In this document: positions 1-7,858 of the stretch, piece by piece
How the letters are laid out: each line of letters opens with the position of its first letter
Numbering within the stretch: the stretch's first letter is position 1
Assembly: GCA_964412435.1 (NCBI GenBank)
Contig: CAYPPC010000003.1
Span: 7,634 to 32,409 of the forward strand
DNA: 24,776 bases
DNA from: an uncultured Paludibacter sp.
GTDB lineage: Bacteria; Bacteroidota; Bacteroidia; Bacteroidales; Paludibacteraceae
Reading direction: 5' to 3'
The notes under the pieces: generated by a model
Databases searched by the model: none
Seen by the model: only the letters and a program-made list of their open reading frames with translations
What the model was told of the DNA's origin: nothing
Translations under genes and position numbers: made by a program

Positions 1-2
1 AC

Positions 3-92
3 TTTGAAGGTGCTGAATGTACTTTCGTTAAAACTTTTGAGTTTTCACATTCAATAGGTCAAAACACAAACGATAATCATACAAGCTGTTAA
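3..92 (+). CDS. Possible 3' end of an upstream gene truncated by the window edge (FEGAECTFVKTFEFSHSIGQNTNDNHTSC*)
   Basis: Only + frame open from the window start to TAA at 90-92; no recognisable motif. Confidence 0.25.
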   Translation, partial: FEGAECTFVKTFEFSHSIGQNTNDNHTSC

Positions 93-163
93 GCCTCTCA
101 CGGTTTCAGATTTACATGAAATAAAGTTTCATACAAAAAAACATAAGAAGTATAAAAATAGAT

Positions 164-571
164 ATGGGAAAACCACATCAACATGCTGAAAGCAGTGCAA
201 AGAAATTTGGTGGGCAAATGCAGGACTATTTAGAAATTCATGTCTTGTTAGATAGCAGTAAAATGGCTTTTGCTGATAATCGTCACCGAGCTTTAACACA
301 TAATAGCTGGTTTATAAACCACATTATACCCAAAATATTTGGCGATACAATTACAAATAGTGATGGAGAAGTAATTTCAGTGATTGATATAGCTGAGCAG
401 CATGTTTTGGAAGATTTCAACTACCATTTTATTCCAACAGCACAAGACTATCTTACGCAAATGTCGAAAACTTCCTGGCTAAACGGACAAGGTTTGCCAC
501 AATCAGCATTGACAAGAGAAGAGAAACCGAATTCAATAACATACAAGTTTGATAACAAATATGAGGAATAA
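164..571 (+). CDS. DUF6915-like His-rich hypothetical protein (135 aa)
   Basis: Motifs PHQHAESSAKKFGG, DYLEIH, DSSK, DNRHRALTHN, IFGDTITNSDG, EQHVLED and IPTAQDYL match my recollection of the DUF6915 pattern (H..HA.SS.kk.GG...DY..IH...D.SK....D.RHRAL.H...EQH..ED...IP...D.L). Confidence 0.8.
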   Translation: MGKPHQHAESSAKKFGGQMQDYLEIHVLLDSSKMAFADNRHRALTHNSWFINHIIPKIFGDTITNSDGEVISVIDIAEQHVLEDFNYHFIPTAQDYLTQMSKTSWLNGQGLPQSALTREEKPNSITYKFDNKYEE

Positions 572-1226
572 GTACCTTAAAGAATTTTTAGATGGATTGA
601 ATAATCCACCAAAAGATATTGGCAAATACATCAAAGAAGAGTTTTCTGGAATCAGATACAAAAGTTATGGGACACCTGAGTTAGAAATGAAGTTATTACA
701 TTCTCTTTTTCTACAAATAAAAGCAGAGCATCCCGGGTTTGAATCTTTTGGTTGGGAGCAATGTAATTCATACAACGATAATTATTACCACTTCCAACTT
801 TTCTCTCTAACAGTAAATGAAAAGCTGGATATAGAGACTGATATTGATTTTTATTTTCCTCACCATGAAGATGATAAAATCACTTCAGATATCCTTTTCA
901 ATCATATCGAATATCCGGATCCGGATGAAATTGAATTTGCAAGAACAAATAATCTTGAATACGATAATGATGGTGTGCGAAACTTGAATTATAAAGATTT
1001 TATGAATTTCATGAAAGAGAAATATCACCATCTCGAGACTCCTACATTGAAGTTTATGGTAATTTTAAAGTTATTAGAAATTCATTTTGGTATGTATTAC
1101 TTCCTTTATACCTTTGGGAATGGTGTAAAAATCACAATTAAAACAGAAGGAGTTACTATAACTCAATTAGAAATTAATGAGATAGATGGTGGCGCGCCTT
1201 TAGTAGCAGATTTAGACGAACTCTAA
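561..1226 (+). CDS. Acidic hypothetical protein, probable partner of the DUF6915-like gene
   Basis: Long ORF in AT-rich DNA. ATG at 561 overlaps the end of the upstream gene (stop at 569-571); the track start at 549 is a TTG. Contains HPGFESFGWEQCNSYND and a C-terminal FGNGVKITIKTEGVTI segment. Confidence 0.75.
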   Translation: MRNKYLKEFLDGLNNPPKDIGKYIKEEFSGIRYKSYGTPELEMKLLHSLFLQIKAEHPGFESFGWEQCNSYNDNYYHFQLFSLTVNEKLDIETDIDFYFPHHEDDKITSDILFNHIEYPDPDEIEFARTNNLEYDNDGVRNLNYKDFMNFMKEKYHHLETPTLKFMVILKLLEIHFGMYYFLYTFGNGVKITIKTEGVTITQLEINEIDGGAPLVADLDEL

Positions 1227-1277
1227 CACCCAAAGCCCATTCTTAATTCTTCATTTATAATTCATAATTTCCAAACC

Positions 1278-4200
1278 ATGACCATCCAACAATACCTCAA
1301 AAATATAGACGAACGATACAAACTCGGTAATGCAACAGAACACACTTTTCGGGGTGATTTACAGCAATTGATTGAGAGCCTTTTACCGGAAGTGCAGGCA
1401 ACCAACGAACCAAAAAGGCAGAGCTGCGGCGCACCGGATTATATTTTGACTAAACGGGAGATCCCGGTGGGATATATTGAGGCGAAAGATCTGGGTGATG
1501 ATGATTTGGAGGGGAAGAAAAAATCGGGTAATAAGGAGCAGTTTGACCGTTACAAAGCATCGCTGACTAACCTGATATTTACCGATTACCTCGATTTTCA
1601 CTTTTACCAGGATGGTGAACTGACCACCAAAGTGGCGATTGCCGAGCTGACCGACAAGGGTATTCAACCCAAACCGGAGAATTTCTCAATTTTCGAAAAT
1701 TTGCTGAGGAACTTTACCACACACGTCAGCCAGACGATTAAAAGTCCTGCAAAACTGGCTGAAATGATGGCAGGAAAAGCAAGACTGCTGGCAGATATTA
1801 TCGAAAATGCACTGACCAGCGACGAGGATAATCACCTGGACAGTTCGCTGAAGGAGCAAATGCTCGCTTTTAAGGAGATTCTGATTCATGATATTACGCC
1901 CAAAGCATTTGCGGATGTTTATGCACAAACCATTGCTTACGGTATGTTTGCTGCCCGTTTGCACGATGACAGTTTAGGTAATTTCAGCCGTCAGGAAGCT
2001 GCCGAACTGATTCCCAAAACCAATCCATTTTTGAGACGACTTTTCAGCTATATTATCTGGCCGGATATTGACGACCGCATCAAATGGGTGGTGGATAACC
2101 TGGCGGAGATATTTCTGGCGACCAACGTCGGACAAATCTTGCAAGATTATGGAAAAGCGACCAAAATGGAGGATCCGATTATCCATTTTTATGAAACATT
2201 CCTGAGCGAATACGACCCAAAGCTTAGAAAATCGAGGGGCGTTTGGTACACGCCGCAACCAGTGGTGGAATTTATCGTGCGTGCGGTGGATGATATTCTA
2301 AAAACTGAATTTAACCTGCCGCAAGGACTTGCCGACACCAGCAAAACCAAAATTAAAGTAAATACACAGACTGCTGACAAACGCTCTCCCACAGGTTATA
2401 AACAGATAGAACAAGAAGTACACAAAGTGCAATTACTAGACCCTGCTACCGGAACAGGTACCTTTTTGGCAGAAACCGTAAAGCATATTTATAAAAAGTT
2501 CAAAGGACAGGAGGGCATCTGGAGCAGTTATGTAGATGAACATCTGATTCCGCGACTAAATGGTTTTGAGCTACTCATGGCGAGCTACGCCATGGCACAT
2601 TTAAAAATGGACTTACTGCTGCAAGAGACCGGTTACCAGGGTGCAGGTGATAAGCGATTTCGGATTTATCTCACCAACAGCTTAGAGGAGCACCACCCCG
2701 ATACCGCCACGCTTTTTGCCAACTGGCTGAGTACCGAAGCTAATGAAGCCAACCTGATTAAACGCGATACACCTGTGATGTGTGTGATTGGTAATCCGCC
2801 ATACAGTGGCGAAAGTGCCAATAAAGGTGAGTGGATTATGAACCTGATGGAGGATTATAAAAAGGAACCGGGCGGGAAAGAACGATTAAAAGAGCAAAAC
2901 TCTAAATTTATAAACGATGATTATGTGAAATTTATTCGTTTTAGCTCCCACCTGATAGAGAAAAACGGTGAGGGTGTATTAGCTTTTATTAATCCGCACG
3001 GTTTCTTGGATAATCCCACATTTAGAGGAATGCGCTGGCATTTATTAAAGAAATTCGATAAAATCTACACTATTGATTTACATGGCAATGCAAAGAAAAA
3101 GGAAACAGCACCGGATGGTTCAATAGATGTTAATGTGTTTGATATTGAACAAGGTGTTTCTATAAATCTGTTCATAAAAACAGGAAAGAAGAAAGTCAGT
3201 CAATTAGGAGAAGTGTTTCATTATGATTTATTTGGAAAAAGAGAGATTAAATATGAATTCTTATTAAGTAATAGTCTAAAAACAACGCCATATAAAAAAG
3301 TTGAGTTACAATCACCTCAGTTTTTTTTAATGCCTAAGGATTTTGAAAACAAAAATATTTACGATAAAGGTTTTGGGTTGAAAGATATTTTCATAGAATT
3401 TTCACTTGGTGTATTATCAAAAAATGACAGTGTAACAATAGAGTTTAATAAAAATGTCCTAAGCAAAACGATAGAAGATTTCAGAAATTTAACAGATTCA
3501 GAGTTGAGAATTATTTACAACCTAAAAAGTGATAGCAGAGATTGGATTCTAGCTAAAGCTAGAAATGACCTTATTAAAAATCATAGTGAAAATAATTATA
3601 AAAAGATTTCTTATCGACCATTTGATGAGCGTTGGACATATTTCACAGGTACTACTAAGGGATTTTTCGCATATAGCCAAGATAGAATTATGAAAAACAT
3701 GCGAAATAATAAAAACTATGCCTTAATATCTGGAAGGCAAGGTCAAGCTGTTGGTAATATGCAGTGGAATTTGTCTTTTATAACTAATACTATTTCTGAT
3801 CAAAACATTTATTATCGCGGTGGTGGAAGCGTGTTCCCTTTATATCTATACCCCGACTCTTCTCAACTCGAATTAGAAGAAAAAAGCGAACGAGTTCCCA
3901 ATTTGAATATGGAGATTGTAGATAAGATTGCTAAGGCTTTGCAGTTGGATTTTGTCCCCGAAAAAAGCGAGGAGGAGGTGAATATTGCGCCGATAGATAT
4001 CTTGGACTACATATACGCTGTGTTACATTCGCCTGCATACCGGGAGAAGTATAAGGAATTCCTAAAAATTGATTTTCCGCGTGTGCCTTATCCAAAAGAC
4101 AGAGATACATTTTGGGCATTGGTAGAGCTGGGCAGCCAGATTCGTCAGATTCATCTTCTGGAAAGTGATGTTGTGGAGGAGTATATCACCACGTATCCAA

Positions 4201-4493
4201 AAGCAGGAAATAATGAAGTGACACGCAAATTAACATTGCGTTCACCCGGATTTGTAGCTACGGAAGATGGTTTGGGGCAGGTTTGGATTAATGATGAGCA
4301 GTATTTTGATAATGTTCCTGAAACAGCCTGGAATTTCTATATTGGCGGTTATCAGCCGGCGCAAAAGTGGCTGAAAGATCGCGCTGGCAGAGTCCTCGAC
4401 TTTGAAGATATACTGCATTATCAGAAAATTATTGTTGCCCTAAGCGAAACAGACCGCTTAATGAAGGAGATTGATAAAATTGATTTTATATAG
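1278..4493 (+). CDS. Single-polypeptide Type IIG/ISP-like restriction-modification enzyme (PD-(D/E)xK nuclease + N6-adenine methyltransferase + C-terminal specificity domain), no helicase domain
   Basis: N-terminal GAPDY...GYIEAK nuclease motif; FYETFL..YDPKLRKSRGVWYTPQPVV; motif I LLDPATGTGTFL; motif IV GNPPY; C-terminal WNFYIGGYQPAQKWLKDR typical of the Type ISP C-terminal domain. Confidence 0.9.
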   Translation: MTIQQYLKNIDERYKLGNATEHTFRGDLQQLIESLLPEVQATNEPKRQSCGAPDYILTKREIPVGYIEAKDLGDDDLEGKKKSGNKEQFDRYKASLTNLIFTDYLDFHFYQDGELTTKVAIAELTDKGIQPKPENFSIFENLLRNFTTHVSQTIKSPAKLAEMMAGKARLLADIIENALTSDEDNHLDSSLKEQMLAFKEILIHDITPKAFADVYAQTIAYGMFAARLHDDSLGNFSRQEAAELIPKTNPFLRRLFSYIIWPDIDDRIKWVVDNLAEIFLATNVGQILQDYGKATKMEDPIIHFYETFLSEYDPKLRKSRGVWYTPQPVVEFIVRAVDDILKTEFNLPQGLADTSKTKIKVNTQTADKRSPTGYKQIEQEVHKVQLLDPATGTGTFLAETVKHIYKKFKGQEGIWSSYVDEHLIPRLNGFELLMASYAMAHLKMDLLLQETGYQGAGDKRFRIYLTNSLEEHHPDTATLFANWLSTEANEANLIKRDTPVMCVIGNPPYSGESANKGEWIMNLMEDYKKEPGGKERLKEQNSKFINDDYVKFIRFSSHLIEKNGEGVLAFINPHGFLDNPTFRGMRWHLLKKFDKIYTIDLHGNAKKKETAPDGSIDVNVFDIEQGVSINLFIKTGKKKVSQLGEVFHYDLFGKREIKYEFLLSNSLKTTPYKKVELQSPQFFLMPKDFENKNIYDKGFGLKDIFIEFSLGVLSKNDSVTIEFNKNVLSKTIEDFRNLTDSELRIIYNLKSDSRDWILAKARNDLIKNHSENNYKKISYRPFDERWTYFTGTTKGFFAYSQDRIMKNMRNNKNYALISGRQGQAVGNMQWNLSFITNTISDQNIYYRGGGSVFPLYLYPDSSQLELEEKSERVPNLNMEIVDKIAKALQLDFVPEKSEEEVNIAPIDILDYIYAVLHSPAYREKYKEFLKIDFPRVPYPKDRDTFWALVELGSQIRQIHLLESDVVEEYITTYPKAGNNEVTRKLTLRSPGFVATEDGLGQVWINDEQYFDNVPETAWNFYIGGYQPAQKWLKDRAGRVLDFEDILHYQKIIVALSETDRLMKEIDKIDFI

Positions 4494-4508
4494 AAAAAAA
4501 GAACCTCC

Positions 4509-4532
4509 AAAATCACAACATAATGTGATTTT
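4509..4532. repeat. Perfect 9-bp inverted repeat with 6-nt spacer
   Basis: AAAATCACA-acataa-TGTGATTTT directly downstream of the RM gene; possibly a weak terminator or a protein-binding site. Confidence 0.5.
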
Positions 4533-4599
4533 CTTGCGTTTTTCGAATAAACAAAGCTTAGTAGAAACATTAATCAGCCACTCATTTTAAAGCAATGAA

Positions 4600-4636
4600 A
4601 ATAAATAGGTGTCCACAAAACCGGACACCTTTTATT
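4600..4636. terminator. Bidirectional intrinsic terminator between the convergent RM gene and the lysine operon
   Basis: Stem AGGTGTCC (4607-4614) / GGACACCT (4623-4630), with A/T tracts on both sides. Confidence 0.75.
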
Positions 4637-4665
4637 GTATAGATACGATAGCTGAAACTTTCAAA

Positions 4666-5409
4666 CTACACAGTCATCCCGTCATCAACGCTTAAAACGG
4701 TTCCGTTGATATAGGCTGCTTCGTCTGATGAGAGGAACAGGTAGGCTGATGCAATCTCTTCCGGCTTTCCTAAACGTCCGCTTGGAACTTTTGCTTTCAT
4801 GGCATCAAGAATATTCTCAGGCATTTGGGCTACCATTTCGGTGGCGATAAATCCGGGAGCAATAGCATTTACTGTAATACCTTTACGTCCCAATTCACGA
4901 CCTAATGTTTTGGTCATACCAATAAGTCCTGATTTTGTTGCTACATAGTTAGTTTGTCCAAAGTTTCCATAAAGCCCAACCACAGAAGATGCATTCACAA
5001 TTCTACCGTAGTTTTTCATCAACATATATTCAGAGATAATTTTTGAGCAATAGAACACTCCTGTCAGGTTTACATCAATTACCTGCTGCCACATTTCGGG
5101 AGTCATCTTTTTCAATGAACTATCGCGGGTAATTCCGGCATTATTTATCAAAATATCAATGGAGCCGTACTTATCAAATACTGCTTTGGCAGCTGCTTCA
5201 ATCTCTCCGTAATTGGTGGTATTAACTTTGGCAAACATCGCTTCACCACCTTGTGATTCAAGTTGTTTTACGACCTCGTTACCAAGCTCCTCATTTAAGT
5301 CCCAAATAACAACTTTGGCACCCTCTTTGGCAAAAAGTTCGGCTGTTGCTTTTCCAATTCCGGCAGCACCACCGGTAATAATAGCCACTCTATTTTCTAA
5401 TCTTTTCAT
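4666..5409 (-). CDS. SDR, FabG/PhaB-like 3-oxoacyl/acetoacetyl-CoA reductase, i.e. probable (R)-3-hydroxybutyryl-CoA dehydrogenase
   Basis: TGGAAGIG Rossmann motif, NNAGITRD, NASS, GNFGQTNY, catalytic YVATK; Asp at the end of beta-2 (VIWDLN). Confidence 0.88.
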   Translation of the reverse strand: MKRLENRVAIITGGAAGIGKATAELFAKEGAKVVIWDLNEELGNEVVKQLESQGGEAMFAKVNTTNYGEIEAAAKAVFDKYGSIDILINNAGITRDSSLKKMTPEMWQQVIDVNLTGVFYCSKIISEYMLMKNYGRIVNASSVVGLYGNFGQTNYVATKSGLIGMTKTLGRELGRKGITVNAIAPGFIATEMVAQMPENILDAMKAKVPSGRLGKPEEIASAYLFLSSDEAAYINGTVLSVDDGMTV

Positions 5410-5438
5410 GATTTTAAATTTTCAATTTGAATATAAAA

Positions 5439-5843
5439 TTAAATAAACCGTGCGTCATTTTTCAGTCTCGCAGTACCTTCGATAACTACTTTTCCGTTCT
5501 CGTCTTCTAAAATACACTTTATAATCCCTGTATGCCGTTCGGTGTTGACCTCGGTAACCTCAAACTTGGCAGTGTAAGGTTGATCAACAAAAACAGGAGC
5601 CATAAACTTCATATCCTGATACATATAAATTGTACCTTCGCCCGGAAATTTAGTCCCAAAAACCATTGAAAACACAGAAGCAGAGTAAAATCCGTGAACT
5701 ATCGGACGTTTAAAGAAAGTTTTAGCGGCATATTCCGTATCGATATGAATCGGATTATTGTCACCGGTAATTTCGGCAAAAGTATTTACATTTTCCTGAG
5801 TAAAACTCAATTTATGTGTGTAGGTATCACCTTGTTTAATCAT
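5439..5843 (-). CDS. MaoC/PhaJ-like (R)-specific enoyl-CoA hydratase
   Basis: Hydratase-2 motif FAEITGDNNPIHID...RPIVHG and FPGEGTIYMYQDMKFMAPV. Confidence 0.88.
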   Translation of the reverse strand: MIKQGDTYTHKLSFTQENVNTFAEITGDNNPIHIDTEYAAKTFFKRPIVHGFYSASVFSMVFGTKFPGEGTIYMYQDMKFMAPVFVDQPYTAKFEVTEVNTERHTGIIKCILEDENGKVVIEGTARLKNDARFI

Positions 5844-5871
5844 AGTTATAATGTTTTATTGTTAATACTGA

Positions 5872-7083
5872 TTACTTGCAAATTTTAACGATCATCGCAT
5901 TACCCATTCCGCCACCAATGCACAAGCTGGCAAGACCAATGTCATTGCCTTCTCTCTTCATTTCGTGGATTAAGGAGACTAAAATTCTGTTTCCTGACGC
6001 TCCAATTGGGTGACCCAATGCAATGGCACCACCGTTTTTATTAGTTCTTTCGCAGAGCCAATCGTTAGTAACTCCGTGCTCTTCAACTAATAGTTTGTTT
6101 ACACCAAGCGACTGAGCTGCAAATGCTTCGTTCAATTCAAGAACTTCCACATCCTGCAATTTCATATCAGCCATCGTTAAAGCCTTTCTAATGGCAGGAA
6201 CAGGACCAAGACCCATAACATCAGGAGCAACTCCGGCTTGTCCTATACCAATAATTTCAACCATTGGCTCAAGATTATATTTTTTCATTGCTTCTTCTGA
6301 AACAACCAAAACGAAAGATGCACCATCGTTAATGCCGGAAGCATTGCCTGCAGTAACTGTTCCGTCTTTTTTGAAAGCAGACCGTAAACCGCCAAGTTTT
6401 TCCGGGTTGGTTGTTCTGTTGGGATATTCGTCGGTATCAAAGGTTATATCGCCTCTTCTATGCGGAATCACCACAGGAACAATCTCTTCTTTAAATTTTC
6501 CGCCGTCAATCGCAGTGATAGCCTTTTGTTGCGATTTGTAAGCAAACTCATCTTGCTCTTCTCTGCTGATATTATGGCGTTCAGCAATATTTTCGGCAGT
6601 GATGCCCATATGTAATTTTGAGAAAGCATCGGTTAATCCATCATAAACCATATGGTCAATCATCTTCACATCACCCATTTTCTGGCCATTTCTCATCACA
6701 TTTCCGGGAATGATAAATCCACCCATACTCATATTTTCGGTACCACCGGCCAACACAACCTCAGCCTGCCCGGCAACAATATCAGTATAAGCCTGCATAA
6801 CAGATTTCATTCCGCTACCGCAAATCATATTGATGCCATAAGCCGGAACCTCTTCAGGAATGCCGCTGTTGATAGAAATCTGACGGGCGATACCCTGACC
6901 AAAACCGGCCATTAAGATATTTCCAACAATAACTTCGTCGATATCAGCAGGGTTAATTTTTGTGTCGCTTAAAATTTGCTTTACAACCGGAACGGCTAAA
7001 TCGGCAGGATGTACATTTCCAACGGTTCCTAAAAACTTACCGATTGGAGTGCGTTTAGCTGCAACTATAAAAACTTTCTTCAT
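5872..7083 (-). CDS. thlA: Acetyl-CoA C-acetyltransferase (thiolase)
   Basis: RTPIG, catalytic NMICGSG, NEAFA, GHPIGASG, CIGGGMG. Confidence 0.95.
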   Translation of the reverse strand: MKKVFIVAAKRTPIGKFLGTVGNVHPADLAVPVVKQILSDTKINPADIDEVIVGNILMAGFGQGIARQISINSGIPEEVPAYGINMICGSGMKSVMQAYTDIVAGQAEVVLAGGTENMSMGGFIIPGNVMRNGQKMGDVKMIDHMVYDGLTDAFSKLHMGITAENIAERHNISREEQDEFAYKSQQKAITAIDGGKFKEEIVPVVIPHRRGDITFDTDEYPNRTTNPEKLGGLRSAFKKDGTVTAGNASGINDGASFVLVVSEEAMKKYNLEPMVEIIGIGQAGVAPDVMGLGPVPAIRKALTMADMKLQDVEVLELNEAFAAQSLGVNKLLVEEHGVTNDWLCERTNKNGGAIALGHPIGASGNRILVSLIHEMKREGNDIGLASLCIGGGMGNAMIVKICK

Positions 7084-7134
7084 ATAATTATAAATTTATT
7101 ATTAAACATCAATTCAAATAGAGCTTTTTGGAAT

Positions 7135-7797
7135 TTAATTAATATTCATTTCCTTCAAATCAGGAGAAATTATAAGCTTAGCGTCTGTGACATTTTGAAT
7201 ATCCTCGACTGTAAACTCCGGGTGCAGTTCTGTAAGCAAAATTCCCTCTTCTGTAATTTCCATCACACCCATTTCGGTGATAATCAGATCCACCTGTCCG
7301 GCTGCTGTAAGCGGCAAGTTACACTCTTTGAAAATTTTAATATTGCCTCTTGCGGTATGCTCCATGGCAATAATTACCTTTTTAGCACCGGATACCAGGT
7401 CCATAGCACCGCCCATCCCCGGAACCATTTTTCCCGGAATCATCCAGTTGGCTAAGTTTCCTTTTTCATCCACCTGCAAAGCACCTAAAATAGTAAGATC
7501 AACATGTCCTCCTCTGATAATTCCAAAGGAAGTTGCGCTATCAAAAGTAGCTGCCCCGGGCATAGCCGTGATATACATTCCACCCGCATTTGTTAAGTAT
7601 CTGTCCTCTTCACCTTCTGCGGGGGTAGGCCCCAAGCCTAACAGTCCGTTTTCTGATTGAAAAGTAACATCAACACCCTTAGGCAGGTAGTTGGGCACCA
7701 TTGTAGGCATTCCAATACCAAGGTTTACCACATATCCGTCTTTGATCTCCTTTGCGGCTCTTCTTGCGATTACCTCACGCATTTGATTTCTATCCAT
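7135..7797 (-). CDS. atoA: Acetoacetate/3-oxoacid CoA-transferase subunit B
   Basis: NLGIGMPT, catalytic SENG, GGHVDLTILGALQVD, GMGGAMDLV. Confidence 0.93.
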   Translation of the reverse strand: MDRNQMREVIARRAAKEIKDGYVVNLGIGMPTMVPNYLPKGVDVTFQSENGLLGLGPTPAEGEEDRYLTNAGGMYITAMPGAATFDSATSFGIIRGGHVDLTILGALQVDEKGNLANWMIPGKMVPGMGGAMDLVSGAKKVIIAMEHTARGNIKIFKECNLPLTAAGQVDLIITEMGVMEITEEGILLTELHPEFTVEDIQNVTDAKLIISPDLKEMNIN

Positions 7798-7858
7798 AAT
7801 TGTATCTATATTAATTGTTTAACTCCAATATTATTTGTTATAAATAACAGAAAATCAC

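Noticed and set aside
4505-4535. dif/XerCD site or CRP box
   Set aside because: Only partial TTATGTT similarity to the XerD arm with no XerC arm, and the half-sites are in the opposite orientation to a CRP box.
4666-7083. PHB (phaCAB) biosynthesis operon
   Set aside because: No PHA synthase or phasin in the window, and the SDR looks NAD-type; cannot be fully excluded without the rest of the genome.
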